DNA of 64,000 bases from Candidatus Campbellbacteria bacterium (lineage in GTDB: Bacteria; Patescibacteriota; Minisyncoccia; Phycocordibacterales; EsbW-18), in NCBI GenBank assembly GCA_024653945.1, contig JANLIT010000002.1:80255-144254 (forward strand). Reading direction: 5' to 3'. The notes under the pieces are model-generated. The model was not told the DNA's origin. It searched no databases and saw only the letters and a list, made by a program, of their open reading frames with translations. This document shows, in pieces, positions 22,446-31,955 of this stretch (position 1 is its first letter; each line of letters starts with the position of its first letter). The position numbers were made by a program, and so were the translations under genes.

Positions 22446-23942
22446 ATGGTTGAACCATTTCAAAACGATCCGTCCTTTGGACTTCCTCCAGAAATTCCAA
22501 CAGGAACTTCCACTCCTGTTCCAGATGAAGTTGTTGTCACACCACCACCTGTTGTAAACAACACCATTCTTCCAGAACACAAACATGCAGCTACACCGAG
22601 ACAAACCCTCATTGATGTTCTTGGTCCTGAAGCCGTTTCAACATCACCAAACACGCCAACCTTCCAACCAATTCATACAGATATTCCAAAACCAGCACCA
22701 GCCCCCGCACCAGCTCAAGAGCAAACATTGCCAACCATTGAAGAGCCCCCATTTGAACGCGCCGTTCCACTAAAAACAGTTTCGTTTGGTATTCCGACAG
22801 AGCAAACACAACCTAAACCACCTGTTGAAGAAAAACCAACAGTGTCACAGCCAGTCACACCTCCCACACAAAATACACCACCACAAACTCCACCAACCAC
22901 CGCCGTAAGTGAAGCTATTCGTCGTGCATCTATCCGAACACTTGAATCGGACGCAGCAGAAACTATTCATAGTCAAAACCTTTCCGTTTCAAGTATTGCA
23001 CTCGCCCAACAACAAAAAGAATCAGAGAGAGCGGTGCGCGATATTCTCCCTGAAGAAAAGTCGGGTACCATACCATGGGTTCTTGGTGGTGTTGGTCTCG
23101 CAGTTCTTGGTGTCATCGTCGTAACTGTCGCATACCTCATGCAAACACAGGCCTCTGATGCACCAGTCACGGTGACTCCAGCAAATGCACTTATTCCTGG
23201 TGTTGAAGAAACAACACTTGATGTAACAGACATGACGCGAACAAAACTTTCTCAAACGCTGTCCGCACTTCCTTCTGCATACGCACAAAAAAGTGGTATC
23301 TCCCTCGTACGGCTCGTCACCTATGTTGAACAAACAGATACCGACGGAAAAGTGATGCGAGTTGTACAAGACATGTTGCCAGAAGATTTTTTTCAAACAC
23401 TTTCTGCGCGCAACACTGACCGCCTCGAACGCTCTCTCGGCAAGCTCACCTATTTCGGTATTGTGTCAAAGGGAGGAAAGGTATCTCCTTTTCTTGCGTT
23501 TGAAGTAGTGTCATACGAATCAGCATTTGCTGGACTTCTTGAGTGGGAGCCGGCACTTCCGGAGGACATCTCATTTATAGTTCGCGCGCCAGCGTCTCTT
23601 CCACCACCCCCCGCGCCAATACTTCCCCCCGTTTCTACAACAACACTCGGCACCGCATCAATCCCGACGTCCCAAGGAGTCGGGACTTCGACCTCTTCTC
23701 CGAAGAGCGTCGGAGCAACACTGGCGCCACAACCAACGGTCGTCAGGGTCACGTCCTCCGCCGTACCAATTTTTAAAGACTTGTCTGTAAAAAACAAAGA
23801 CACACGAGCGTATATTGGAGAGGATGGTATGGTACGTATTCTGTATTCGTTCCTCTCCCAAAAACTGCTCATTGTTGCCCAGGACGAGGAAACTCTTACT
23901 GCTATTATTGATTACATCTCTACCGCCCGTTTTTCGGGGTAG
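22446..23942 (+). CDS. Proline/threonine-rich single-pass membrane protein (498 aa)
   Basis: The start is taken at MVEPFQ; the ORF track extends upstream over the repeat region. PT-rich N-terminal half, TM helix IPWVLGGVGLAVLGVIVVTVAYL, C-terminal globular domain. Confidence 0.45.
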   Translation: MVEPFQNDPSFGLPPEIPTGTSTPVPDEVVVTPPPVVNNTILPEHKHAATPRQTLIDVLGPEAVSTSPNTPTFQPIHTDIPKPAPAPAPAQEQTLPTIEEPPFERAVPLKTVSFGIPTEQTQPKPPVEEKPTVSQPVTPPTQNTPPQTPPTTAVSEAIRRASIRTLESDAAETIHSQNLSVSSIALAQQQKESERAVRDILPEEKSGTIPWVLGGVGLAVLGVIVVTVAYLMQTQASDAPVTVTPANALIPGVEETTLDVTDMTRTKLSQTLSALPSAYAQKSGISLVRLVTYVEQTDTDGKVMRVVQDMLPEDFFQTLSARNTDRLERSLGKLTYFGIVSKGGKVSPFLAFEVVSYESAFAGLLEWEPALPEDISFIVRAPASLPPPPAPILPPVSTTTLGTASIPTSQGVGTSTSSPKSVGATLAPQPTVVRVTSSAVPIFKDLSVKNKDTRAYIGEDGMVRILYSFLSQKLLIVAQDEETLTAIIDYISTARFSG

Positions 23943-23977
23943 ATTTTACGGAAAAAACCTGCTAAGATGCCCCTCAT

Positions 23978-24340
23978 ATGACACACATAACCGATGAGCA
24001 ACTAGCTCACTTCAAACAAGTATTAACCGACGAAAAGACGCGCCTTGAAAGCGAGCTTTCAAACGTAGGTATTAAAAATCCAAACAAAGCAGGGGATTGG
24101 TCACCTGTCGTCGACGAAGCTATTGACGCTTCAACTTCAGACAAAAACGAACTTGCAGACAAATTTGAGGATTTGGAAGAAAATACTGCTATTTCAGACA
24201 CACTTGAGATGCAACTCAAAGAAGTTGCTGACGCACTCGCACGAATTGAAAACGGCACGTATGGAGTAGATGAAAATACAAATGAACCAATTCCTGTTGA
24301 CCGCCTCGAAGCAAATCCTTCAGCACGAACGAATATTTAA
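23978..24340 (+). CDS. DksA/TraR-family protein with a degenerate (Cys-less) zinc finger
   Basis: The C-terminus LARIENGTYGVDENTNEPIPVDRLEANPSARTNI parallels IENGTYG.CE.CG..I...RL.A.P.A..C of DksA/YocK, but all four Cys positions are replaced. Confidence 0.5.
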   Translation: MTHITDEQLAHFKQVLTDEKTRLESELSNVGIKNPNKAGDWSPVVDEAIDASTSDKNELADKFEDLEENTAISDTLEMQLKEVADALARIENGTYGVDENTNEPIPVDRLEANPSARTNI

Positions 24341-24343
24341 ATA

Positions 24344-24392
24344 GTAGCCCCGACGCTATGGTCGGGGTCCCGACTGAAACGTCGGGAAAAGT
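24344..24392. repeat. Two-hairpin 46-bp repeat, copy C (inverted orientation), immediately 3' of the DksA-like stop
   Basis: The reverse complement reads CCCGACGTTTCAGTCGGG plus ACCCCGACCATAGCGTCGGGG. Confidence 0.65.
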
Positions 24393-24405
24393 AGAAAGCA
24401 AAAAG

Positions 24406-24437
24406 AAAAACCGCGAGCCCTAAAGCTGGCGGTTTTT
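24406..24437. terminator. Bidirectional terminator
   Basis: AAAAA, stem CCGCGAGC/GCTGGCGG, TTTTT. Confidence 0.55.
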
Positions 24438-24448
24438 GACGAAAGAAC

Positions 24449-24835
24449 TTAGTAATCTCGTCTATGACGCTCGTCATAGCTCGCGAAGATGCTGTGCCAA
24501 TCAAAAACAACTTCCTCCAACAAAAGTAGAAGGTCATTCTTGGAAGGGTGGTTGTGAATGTAATTTTCTTCCCCACACACAGGGCAACGAACATGACACA
24601 CACCCACCCCGGAAGGAGTCCAATAATCACCTCCAGAGCAACTAAAAGGTGAAACATAATTCATCTTCTGAATGAATGCCCACTGGTGGAGGGGTCGACG
24701 ACTGTTACACCTCTGACACTTAAAGTTGAATTTGCGAGCAATGTTGAGCTTCTTGGAGCGCGCTTCCCTAAGAGCTTCGTTGAGTCGCCTCTCTTCTGCG
24801 TTGACCTCTCTAAACAACTTCGCAACGTTGGTCAT
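24449..24835 (-). CDS. Hypothetical zinc-ribbon protein
   Basis: CQRCNS...CHVRCPVCGEE Cys pairs. The start is taken at MTNVAKLF. Confidence 0.4.
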   Translation of the reverse strand: MTNVAKLFREVNAEERRLNEALREARSKKLNIARKFNFKCQRCNSRRPLHQWAFIQKMNYVSPFSCSGGDYWTPSGVGVCHVRCPVCGEENYIHNHPSKNDLLLLLEEVVFDWHSIFASYDERHRRDY

Positions 24836-24957
24836 GTGTGTCTCCTTAGCAAGCAACAAATCTATCGCGAGTGTATACGCTCACTACCACATAGTCAATT
24901 TAAAAAGAAGCCCGCCATTCTTTGAAAGAATGGCGGAGTTTTTTGGTGCTGTGTTGT

Positions 24958-25200
24958 TCAACCGTCAGAATCGTACCAAATAAGTTCATTTTGGTCTAAG
25001 GGCGGTGGAATAATCTTCGCGCCCTTGCGGTAATCTTCTAGAGTTATACCAACCATTACGCGCAACGTTCCGTCGTGTTGTACAACAATGTCAATTCTCA
25101 GAAACGAGAGGTCTCTCTGAGACAGTTGCCACGCAATCTGTTCGGCAATCTGCTCTTGGTTCATGGGACCGACGACCACATCAACCAGTCCATCTTTCAT
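24958..25200 (-). CDS. Hypothetical protein (80 aa)
   Basis: Intact ORF. No recognisable domain. Confidence 0.35.
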   Translation of the reverse strand: MKDGLVDVVVGPMNQEQIAEQIAWQLSQRDLSFLRIDIVVQHDGTLRVMVGITLEDYRKGAKIIPPPLDQNELIWYDSDG

Positions 25201-25264
25201 GATTTCTCCTTTCGAGTCTGTACGAATCTACACAAAACATACTCGCAAGATACATTACTGTCAA

Positions 25265-25373
25265 TTTTTCTTTCTACTTTTTACATACTACTGATTTTAT
25301 CCTTGGTATTTGTTTCGAATTTCGATATTCGGATTTTCATTGGTTATTGTTACTTGGCCCTTGGTTATTCCAA
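25265..25373 (+). repeat. ~110-bp upstream repeat, copy 1 (homologous to 29781-29890), containing a tandem (ATTTCG)n-like tract
   Basis: TTTTTCTTTCTACTTTTTACATACTACT...TTTCGAATTTCGATATTCGGATTTTCATTGGTTATTG..TTGG..TTATT aligns with 29781-29890. It ends ~40 bp before the comM GTG start. Confidence 0.6.
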
Positions 25374-25409
25374 GATTTTATCCTTCCTTTATCTCAAAAG
25401 GATAAAATC
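25374..25409 (+). promoter_or_regulatory. Hairpin GATTTTATCC...GGATAAAATC enclosing the only SD-like AAAGGA upstream of comM
   Basis: 10-bp arms at 25374-25383 and 25400-25409. A third GATTTTATCC lies at 25293-25302. Confidence 0.3.
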
Positions 25410-25414
25410 TTGGC

Positions 25415-26977
25415 GTGTCCTTCGCAAAAGTATACAGTGCCCAAACGTCTCTACTCGCGGCTCATATTATTTCCGTCGAGGTGGATGTTTCTAATGGTCT
25501 TCACGCGTTTTCAATTGTGGGACTTCCTGACAAGGCGGTTGAGGAATCTCGCGACCGCGTATCTGCCGCAATAAAAAATAGCAATTTTGAATCGCCCAAA
25601 AGTCGCAACCAAAAAATAGTTATCTCTCTTGCACCGGCCGATATCAAAAAAGAAGGGCCATTGTTTGATGTTGCCATTGCACTTGCATATCTGCGTTCAC
25701 AAGACGATATTCGTTTTAATCCAGAGAAAAAATTATTTCTCGGTGAACTTTCTCTTGATGGGGACGTTCGGCGCATCAGTGGTGTTCTTCCTCTTGTTAT
25801 CAAAGCACAACAAATGGGTTTCACGGAGGTGTTTGTGCCAAGCGACAACACGGCAGAGGCTGCGCTTGTTCGAGGGATTTCCGTGTTTGGTATACGCACA
25901 CTCAAAGAACTCATTGTTCATCTCAATGAAAAGAAAAATCCTGATGATGACGGTAATGATATTCCTAAAATAAAAATACCAACAACACCCGAGACAGAAT
26001 ACATTCCAACGGTTGCACAACACAGTATTGATTTCTCAGATGTGCGCGGACAAACAACGGCAAAACGCGCTCTAGAAATCGCCGCCGCAGGCGGACACAA
26101 CATCGCACTGTGGGGTCCGCCCGGTACAGGAAAAACACTCCTTGCAAAAGCACTCGTGGGTATTCTTCCACCACTCTCATTTGATGAAATGTTAGAAGTA
26201 ACAGCGATTCATTCTGTTGCAGGATTACTTAAAGAACACACCGTCACACACCCACCGTTCCGCTCACCTCACCACACGAGTTCATATGTTTCACTCGTTG
26301 GTGGGGGTGCATTTCCAAAGCCCGGAGAAATTACGCTTGCACATCGTGGTGTTCTTTTCCTAGATGAATTTCCTGAATTTGATAGGCGCGTGATTGAAAG
26401 TTTGCGACAACCACTTGAAGACCGCGTCGTGTCTGTTGCTCGCGTCCGCGGAAGTGCGCAATTTCCTGCAGATACACTCTTGGTCGCCGCACTCAACCCT
26501 TGTCCGTGCGGTAAATGGGGAAGTGGGCGCGCGTGCACCTGCTCACCCCATATTCTTCTTCACTACCAACGGAAAATATCTGGACCAGTGATGGATAGAA
26601 TTGATTTGTGGGTTGAGGTTGCACCGGTTGAACACGCGGACCTTTCTCGTGGAGGGGACGGTGAAGCAAGCGCTGTTGTGCGAGAACGTGTACTGTCTGC
26701 GCGAGCTCTACAGACAAAAAGATTTGAAAACACTACCCGTAGAAAAAACAGCGATATGAATGTGCGGGACCTAGATATATTCACGCCTCTCACAAAAGAG
26801 GTCCGCGACATTCTCAACACATCAGCAAAAAAGTTGGACCTCTCAGCACGTGCGTACCATCGAGTTATTAAAATTGCACGCACCATTGCCGATTTAGAAA
26901 ATACAGAACACATAGAACGCCATCACATTCTTGAAGCGCTCCAATATCGTCCGAAAATGTTTGGAGCTGGAATGTAA
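25415..26977 (+). CDS. comM: YifB/ComM-family Mg-chelatase-like AAA+ ATPase
   Basis: GTG start. The N-terminal ChlI-like domain aligns with YifB from residue 1. Walker A GPPGTGKT. Cys cluster CPCGKWGSGRACTC. Typical C-terminal domain. Confidence 0.85.
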   Translation: MSFAKVYSAQTSLLAAHIISVEVDVSNGLHAFSIVGLPDKAVEESRDRVSAAIKNSNFESPKSRNQKIVISLAPADIKKEGPLFDVAIALAYLRSQDDIRFNPEKKLFLGELSLDGDVRRISGVLPLVIKAQQMGFTEVFVPSDNTAEAALVRGISVFGIRTLKELIVHLNEKKNPDDDGNDIPKIKIPTTPETEYIPTVAQHSIDFSDVRGQTTAKRALEIAAAGGHNIALWGPPGTGKTLLAKALVGILPPLSFDEMLEVTAIHSVAGLLKEHTVTHPPFRSPHHTSSYVSLVGGGAFPKPGEITLAHRGVLFLDEFPEFDRRVIESLRQPLEDRVVSVARVRGSAQFPADTLLVAALNPCPCGKWGSGRACTCSPHILLHYQRKISGPVMDRIDLWVEVAPVEHADLSRGGDGEASAVVRERVLSARALQTKRFENTTRRKNSDMNVRDLDIFTPLTKEVRDILNTSAKKLDLSARAYHRVIKIARTIADLENTEHIERHHILEALQYRPKMFGAGM

Positions 26978-27018
26978 TAACAAATTTCAAATGACAAATA
27001 GCAAATGACAAACAATAT

Positions 27019-27558
27019 ATGAAAGCACTTACCTTAGAAACACTTGCGGAACGAATTTACTTCATTCGCAATAAACGAGTAATGACCGATAGTGATTTGG
27101 CAGAATTATATGAAGTAACAACAAAAGTACTCAACCAAGCAGTCCGAAGAAATATGGAGCGTTTTCCAGAAGATTTTATGTTTCAACTCACCAAAGAGGA
27201 GAACTTGATATTCCAAAGTGGAACATCAGGTTCTAGATATTTGAAGTCACAGTTTGTGACTTCAAGGTCGTGGGGTGGCCGACGCAAGCCAGTGTTCGTA
27301 TTTACTCAGGAGGGAGTTGCCATGCTTTCTGGAATACTTCGTAGCCCAAGGGCGGTGCAAGTTAATATTGTCATTATGCGCGCATTTGTGCATCTTCGGG
27401 AAATACTTTCCACACACAAAGAGCTTTTGCAACGACTTATCGAGCTAGAGAAAAAATACGACGAACGGTTTAGAATTGTGTTTGAGGCAATTCAGCAGAT
27501 GATGCGCGAACCAGACCCGCCAAGACATCCAATTGGATTTCAACCAAACACCAAATAG
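27019..27558 (+). CDS. ORF6N-domain (KilA-N-like) DNA-binding protein
   Basis: The N-terminal IYFIRNKRVMTDSDLAELYEVTTKVLNQAVRRNMERF fits the ORF6N/KilA-N family. Confidence 0.6.
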   Translation: MKALTLETLAERIYFIRNKRVMTDSDLAELYEVTTKVLNQAVRRNMERFPEDFMFQLTKEENLIFQSGTSGSRYLKSQFVTSRSWGGRRKPVFVFTQEGVAMLSGILRSPRAVQVNIVIMRAFVHLREILSTHKELLQRLIELEKKYDERFRIVFEAIQQMMREPDPPRHPIGFQPNTK

Positions 27559-27590
27559 TTTTGAATTTTGATATTTGAAATTGGTCATTA

Positions 27591-27626
27591 AGCATAAAAA
27601 CCGCCATCACTGGCGGTTTTTATGCT
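27591..27626. terminator. Bidirectional terminator with a 16-bp stem
   Basis: AGCATAAAAACCGCCA-TCAC-TGGCGGTTTTTATGCT. Confidence 0.7.
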
Positions 27627-27746
27627 TTGGGTATTTCTAGATCAAAACCCGTAGTGCGTGACCCCACTCACTACCGGCTCCACCCTAGAATTTCTTTACT
27701 GTTTTTCTCATGTGCTTTCTACTTTCTACCTACATACTATCTACTA

Positions 27747-27760
27747 CATACCAGCTACCA
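27747..27760. repeat. Intergenic copy of the 14-mer CATACCAGCTACCA within a (TACNNN)n tract
   Basis: Identical to the tandem 14-mers inserted in pcrA at 30218-30245. It lies just 3' of the M23 peptidase stop. Confidence 0.6.
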
Positions 27761-27764
27761 TTCT

Positions 27765-28793
27765 TTAGAACGGATTCGTTGCTCCACGAACCTCAAAGTG
27801 AACATGCGAGCCAGTTGAGCGTCCTGTTGAGCCAACATAACCAATCACATCACCCTGCGCCACGGTCTGACCAACTGAAACTGCATTACTACTGTTGTGG
27901 GAGTACAGCGTCTGTGTTCCGTTATCATGCTTAATAACCACGTAGTTTCCATATCCACCATTCCACCCACCACTTGAAGAAACGATGACCTCCCCCGCGG
28001 CCGCTGCCCAAATCGGCGTCCCTGCTGGAGAGCCAATGTCAATACCATTATTTCCATGCAATCCCTGAGTCTTAATACCCCTTGTTGGTCGCATATAGTA
28101 TCCCGCGTATGTGGGACCCGCATATGCACGAGACGCCCCACCAACTGAGCTTTTTGACGGTACGGCAACAATTTCACCATCAGGAATGATAATCTCACTT
28201 CCAACGGCAAGGGCGGAGTCAATCTCAATACCGTTATACTGCAAAATTTCATCCAAATCACCCTTGTACTTCTTGGCAATACTCTTTACCGTATCACCCT
28301 TCTTCACTATGTGTTGAATTCCTGTAACTGGCAAAATGACGAGTGTCTGGCCCGGTCGAATGAGTGATTTTCCTGAAAGGTCATTTGCCCAACGAATGGT
28401 ATTGATGGAAACATTAAACATGTCCGCAATCGTGGAAAGAGAGTCACCCTCGCGGACGATATATGTGGAAATTTGGTCAGATGTTGCTGATAGTCGTCGC
28501 TCATCAGCTATTGGGTTGTCGTTGTATGCAAGGGCAACACCGTAGATAATATTGGAATGTGTTGCCACAGCAAACTTTGGATTGGGATTTCCTGTGCTTT
28601 CTAAAAGGGGTATGTTGAGCGATGTAAGGTGAATTCCCGGAAATTCCTCTTGAGCACCTACTGACGGCAAGAAACCATAGATACCCAGCAAGGCCCCATA
28701 TGAAACGAAAGGAAGCACCGTGGCGAGTATACGAAAAACAAAACCACGCCAGAAGCGCTGTGACTGAAAACCGTGTTTCATCCGACTCGTCAA
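27765..28793 (-). CDS. LysM-domain M23-family peptidoglycan endopeptidase
   Basis: Two LysM repeats (DSLSTIADMFNVSINTIRWAN; DTVKSIAKKYKGDLDEILQYN) and the M23 motifs HxxxD...GSTGRSTGSHVHFE. Confidence 0.8.
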   Translation of the reverse strand: MTSRMKHGFQSQRFWRGFVFRILATVLPFVSYGALLGIYGFLPSVGAQEEFPGIHLTSLNIPLLESTGNPNPKFAVATHSNIIYGVALAYNDNPIADERRLSATSDQISTYIVREGDSLSTIADMFNVSINTIRWANDLSGKSLIRPGQTLVILPVTGIQHIVKKGDTVKSIAKKYKGDLDEILQYNGIEIDSALAVGSEIIIPDGEIVAVPSKSSVGGASRAYAGPTYAGYYMRPTRGIKTQGLHGNNGIDIGSPAGTPIWAAAAGEVIVSSSGGWNGGYGNYVVIKHDNGTQTLYSHNSSNAVSVGQTVAQGDVIGYVGSTGRSTGSHVHFEVRGATNPF

Positions 28794-29098
28794 AAAAGAA
28801 ATGGACGAGCCAAAATCACGATAGGGAGATAGTATATGGTGAGGTTAATGGTAATCCTGCTTTGTCTGGCGTTCCCACCAAGGTGGGAGGATTCTTCACT
28901 TCTGCAACCCTTACAATTCTACGGGAATGGAGATAAAGGGGCAATAAAGAAGTGGACTACTCCGTGGATAAAAATTATGTCAAAAACGGCTCTACAGAGC
29001 CGTTTTTTGGATTTTAGACACCCCGTGGACTATTGACATCACACATGTTTTCATTGTAAAAAACATTTCCAATGTAACTTTTTGGACACATGGCAGGA

Positions 29099-29192
29099 TT
29101 GACAAATACTATAATTCGTATATAATAGCGTCTGAATGTACCCAACCCGAGCATTTCGCTTGAGTTGGCTCAAAAACAAGGGGAGATGTCCC
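29099..29192 (+). promoter_or_regulatory. Promoter (TTGACA-16-TATAAT) plus conserved leader hairpin of small-membrane-protein cassette 2
   Basis: TTGACAaatactataattcgtaTATAAT, then TACCCAACCCGAGcatttcgCTTGAGTTGG, ending in SD GGGGAG. It is homologous to 20142-20230. Confidence 0.55.
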
Positions 29193-29381
29193 ATGCACCT
29201 GTCAAGAATTTCCTTCCTCATCGGTTTTTGTCTCTCCGGATTTGCGGCGCTGGAAACAGTTGCCATCTTCTGGTACGGCAACGAGACCGCCCACTACGAA
29301 TGGGCCATCACAGCCCGGCTGACTGTGGGAATGGCCCTGATGATTTTCGGCATCGGCGTGGAGGTCTTCCGTAAGAAGTAA
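29193..29381 (+). CDS. Small membrane protein (62 aa), paralog of 20231-20416
   Basis: See the paralog alignment under 20231-20416. The ORF track lists a longer 29136 start, which is unlikely given the SD and leader. Confidence 0.5.
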   Translation: MHLSRISFLIGFCLSGFAALETVAIFWYGNETAHYEWAITARLTVGMALMIFGIGVEVFRKK

Positions 29382-29437
29382 CCTCGATTCAAATTGGGCA
29401 ATCCTGCCCGAGTTGGCTCAAAAAGGAGACTGTAGGC

Positions 29438-29710
29438 ATGAGAAGTGAGACGAGTGACGACGGCGTCACGAGTATCGAGTATGTGGAAAACAGGGGTCAT
29501 GTCGTTGTCCACGGCCATACTGCCGTCGCCGTGAGCAACGACCTTGCGGGAGTTCTGATGAACATCGCCCTCTTCCAGAAGGAGATGTCCGCCCGGTGGA
29601 AGCTCATAGGCCCTATCCAGCAAGGTTCAGGGCCCCGCGGAACTTTCTATGCGACGATGGTCTTCGAAGACCTCGCCGCGGTCAACGTCGACGGTGGGGA
29701 AATCGATTAG
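29438..29710 (+). CDS. Hypothetical protein (90 aa)
   Basis: Its leader carries the 3' half of the cassette leader (CCCGAGTTGGCTCAAAAAGGAG). No recognisable domain. Confidence 0.4.
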   Translation: MRSETSDDGVTSIEYVENRGHVVVHGHTAVAVSNDLAGVLMNIALFQKEMSARWKLIGPIQQGSGPRGTFYATMVFEDLAAVNVDGGEID

Positions 29711-29780
29711 TATTCTCGTCTCTGCCACCACTATCGCCCGCCGGCCAAGCAACATGCACAAGCATGTGCTCGGTCGGCGG

Positions 29781-29890
29781 TTTTTCTTTTCTACTTTCTA
29801 CTTACTACTTTCTACTCGTTTAGGTTTCGGATTTCGATATTCGAATTTCGTATTTTCATTGATTATTGGTGCTTGGTTATTGGTCATTTC
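29781..29890 (+). repeat. ~110-bp upstream repeat, copy 2, upstream of pcrA
   Basis: TTTTTCTTTTCTACTTTCTACTTACTACT...TTTCGGATTTCGATATTCGAATTTCGTATTTTCATTGATTATTGGTGCTTGGTTATTGG aligns with 25265-25373. Confidence 0.6.
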
Positions 29891-29984
29891 TTACCGCTTA
29901 CTACTTACTACTTTCTACTCTTGTTTGTATTTTGTTATTTGCCATTTGATATTTGCTATTTGGCCACCATGCTATTATGCGTCC

Positions 29985-31946
29985 ATGCACTACCTTGAAA
30001 GCCTCAATCCTGCACAAAAACGAGCTGTTTCACATACTGACGGTGCTCTTATGATTATTGCTGGTGCCGGGACAGGAAAGACACGCGTCATAACCACCCG
30101 CATACTCCACCTTATTAATAGTGGTGTCCTTCCCGAGAAGATTCTCGCCATTACCTTCACCAATAAAGCGGCGACCGAGATGCGCGAACGGGTTGGACAT
30201 CTCCTTGGAACCGACCTACATACCAGCTACCACATACCAGCTACCACCTCTCCTTTTGTGGGAACCTTTCATTCCCTCGGTGTCAAAATCTTGCGAGAAA
30301 ATGTGACACGTCTTGGTGTGACAAAGTACTTCACCATTTTTGACCGCGATAATTCTCTTTCGGCAATCAAACGAATTGTAAAAGACCTCGGATTAGATCC
30401 CAAACAACATTCACCAAACGCATTTCTCTCCGTTATTTCAAAAAACAAAGGCGAGGCAACAACACTTTCAAAGTTTAAGGAAAAAAGTGGGCTCAACTAT
30501 TTTGAGCGACTCGTTGTTCCTGTGTGGGAGAAATACGCCGAGGTGCTTACAAAAGAAAAAGCATTTGATTTTGATGATTTACTTCTTTCTACATTGGAAC
30601 TCCTCAAAAAGAATCCAGATATTCTTGAACACTACCAGAAGCGTTGGTCACACATTCACGTTGATGAGTATCAAGACACCAACACGGTGCAGTATGAACT
30701 CACCAAACTACTCGCGAGCGGACATGGGAATATTTGTGTTGTCGGTGACCACGACCAATGCATTTACACATGGCGAAGTGCCGACATGCGCAATCTCGCG
30801 CGATTTGAAAAAGATTTCTCCCACGTAACAGTTGTGATGTTGGAAGAAAATTATCGTTCAACACAAACAATTCTCTCTGCAGCAAATAGCGCCATCGCAC
30901 AAAATGAATTTAGAAAAGAAAAGAATTTGTTTACTAACAGTGCTGATGGAGCAAAAATAGAACTCTACACTGCGGCAAATGAAAATGACGAAGCAATGTG
31001 GATTGCTGCGCGTGCTGCAGAATTAATTGCGTCTGGTACTCCCGCAAACGAAATCGCCGTGTTGTTTCGTGCAAACTTTCAGTCACGCGTACTTGAAGAA
31101 GCGTTTCTCAACACGCACGTACCATACCAAATGCTTGGTGTACGTTTTTTTGAACGAAAAGAGGTGAAGGATATTCTCTCGTACATTATTGCCGCACTTA
31201 ATCCAGACAGCACAACCGCTATTTCTCGAATTATAAATGTTCCAGCGCGCGGTATTGGAAAAACAACACTCCTTAAAATTCTTTCATACCAAGAACATGA
31301 CTTGCCAGCAAAGATGAAAGAAAAGATTGAACGATTTCGTGCGCTACTTGGACGCATTGCGGAATACACCCACACACACAAACCATCCGAGGTAGTTAAA
31401 TTTGTCATCAAAGAAAGTGGAATTGAATTAGACCTCATACATGGAGGTGATGACGACATTGAACGTCTCGCCAACATGAAAGAGCTCGCCACACTCGCGG
31501 TGCGATATGACACTCTTCCACCAGAAGAGGGCGTCTCAACATTTTTGGAAAACGCATCACTGGCAAGTGATCAAGACGCACTCCGCAATGACGAATCATC
31601 GGTGAAACTTATGACCATTCACGCTGCAAAAGGGCTTGAATTTGCTCATGTTTTTATTTCTGGTCTTGAAGAGGGGCTCTTTCCCGATGAACGAAGTGAG
31701 ACGCGCGAAACACCCGAGGAACGCGAGGAGGAACGCCGACTTTTTTATGTTGCACTCACACGTGCACGACACCAAGCACATCTTTCGTACGCATTTATCC
31801 GCACCATTTTCGGAACACCAACCATCAACACACCGTCACGATTTATAACTGAAATGGATAGTGAGCTTGTGGAAGATGTTACCCCTACAAATGAGTGGAA
31901 ACCCCAAGGAGGTTTTGGAAAAGGCCTTTTGGATATAGATTTTTAA
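29985..31946 (+). CDS. pcrA: UvrD/PcrA-family ATP-dependent DNA helicase carrying an in-frame low-complexity insertion
   Basis: Walker A AGAGTGKT, motifs TFTNKAA, VDEYQDTN, and the C-terminal helicase domain. The start is taken at MHYLESLNPAQKRAV; the upstream in-frame extension in the ORF track is low-complexity. An insert DLHTSYHIPATTSP is encoded by tandem CATACCAGCTACCA. Confidence 0.85.
   Translation: MHYLESLNPAQKRAVSHTDGALMIIAGAGTGKTRVITTRILHLINSGVLPEKILAITFTNKAATEMRERVGHLLGTDLHTSYHIPATTSPFVGTFHSLGVKILRENVTRLGVTKYFTIFDRDNSLSAIKRIVKDLGLDPKQHSPNAFLSVISKNKGEATTLSKFKEKSGLNYFERLVVPVWEKYAEVLTKEKAFDFDDLLLSTLELLKKNPDILEHYQKRWSHIHVDEYQDTNTVQYELTKLLASGHGNICVVGDHDQCIYTWRSADMRNLARFEKDFSHVTVVMLEENYRSTQTILSAANSAIAQNEFRKEKNLFTNSADGAKIELYTAANENDEAMWIAARAAELIASGTPANEIAVLFRANFQSRVLEEAFLNTHVPYQMLGVRFFERKEVKDILSYIIAALNPDSTTAISRIINVPARGIGKTTLLKILSYQEHDLPAKMKEKIERFRALLGRIAEYTHTHKPSEVVKFVIKESGIELDLIHGGDDDIERLANMKELATLAVRYDTLPPEEGVSTFLENASLASDQDALRNDESSVKLMTIHAAKGLEFAHVFISGLEEGLFPDERSETRETPEEREEERRLFYVALTRARHQAHLSYAFIRTIFGTPTINTPSRFITEMDSELVEDVTPTNEWKPQGGFGKGLLDIDF
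30213..30252 (+). repeat. In-frame tandem 14-mer (CATACCAGCTACCA x2) inside pcrA
   Basis: Positions 30218-30231 and 30232-30245 are identical, and identical to intergenic 27747-27760. Confidence 0.65.
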
Positions 31947-31955
31947 GGTATATTC

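Noticed and set aside
29649-29984. 112-codon in-frame N-terminal extension of pcrA
   Set aside because: It is an open frame only because the TAC/TTT-rich repeat sequence lacks stop codons. It covers the ~110-bp upstream repeat and promoter-like sequence. The conserved helicase N-terminus begins at 29985.
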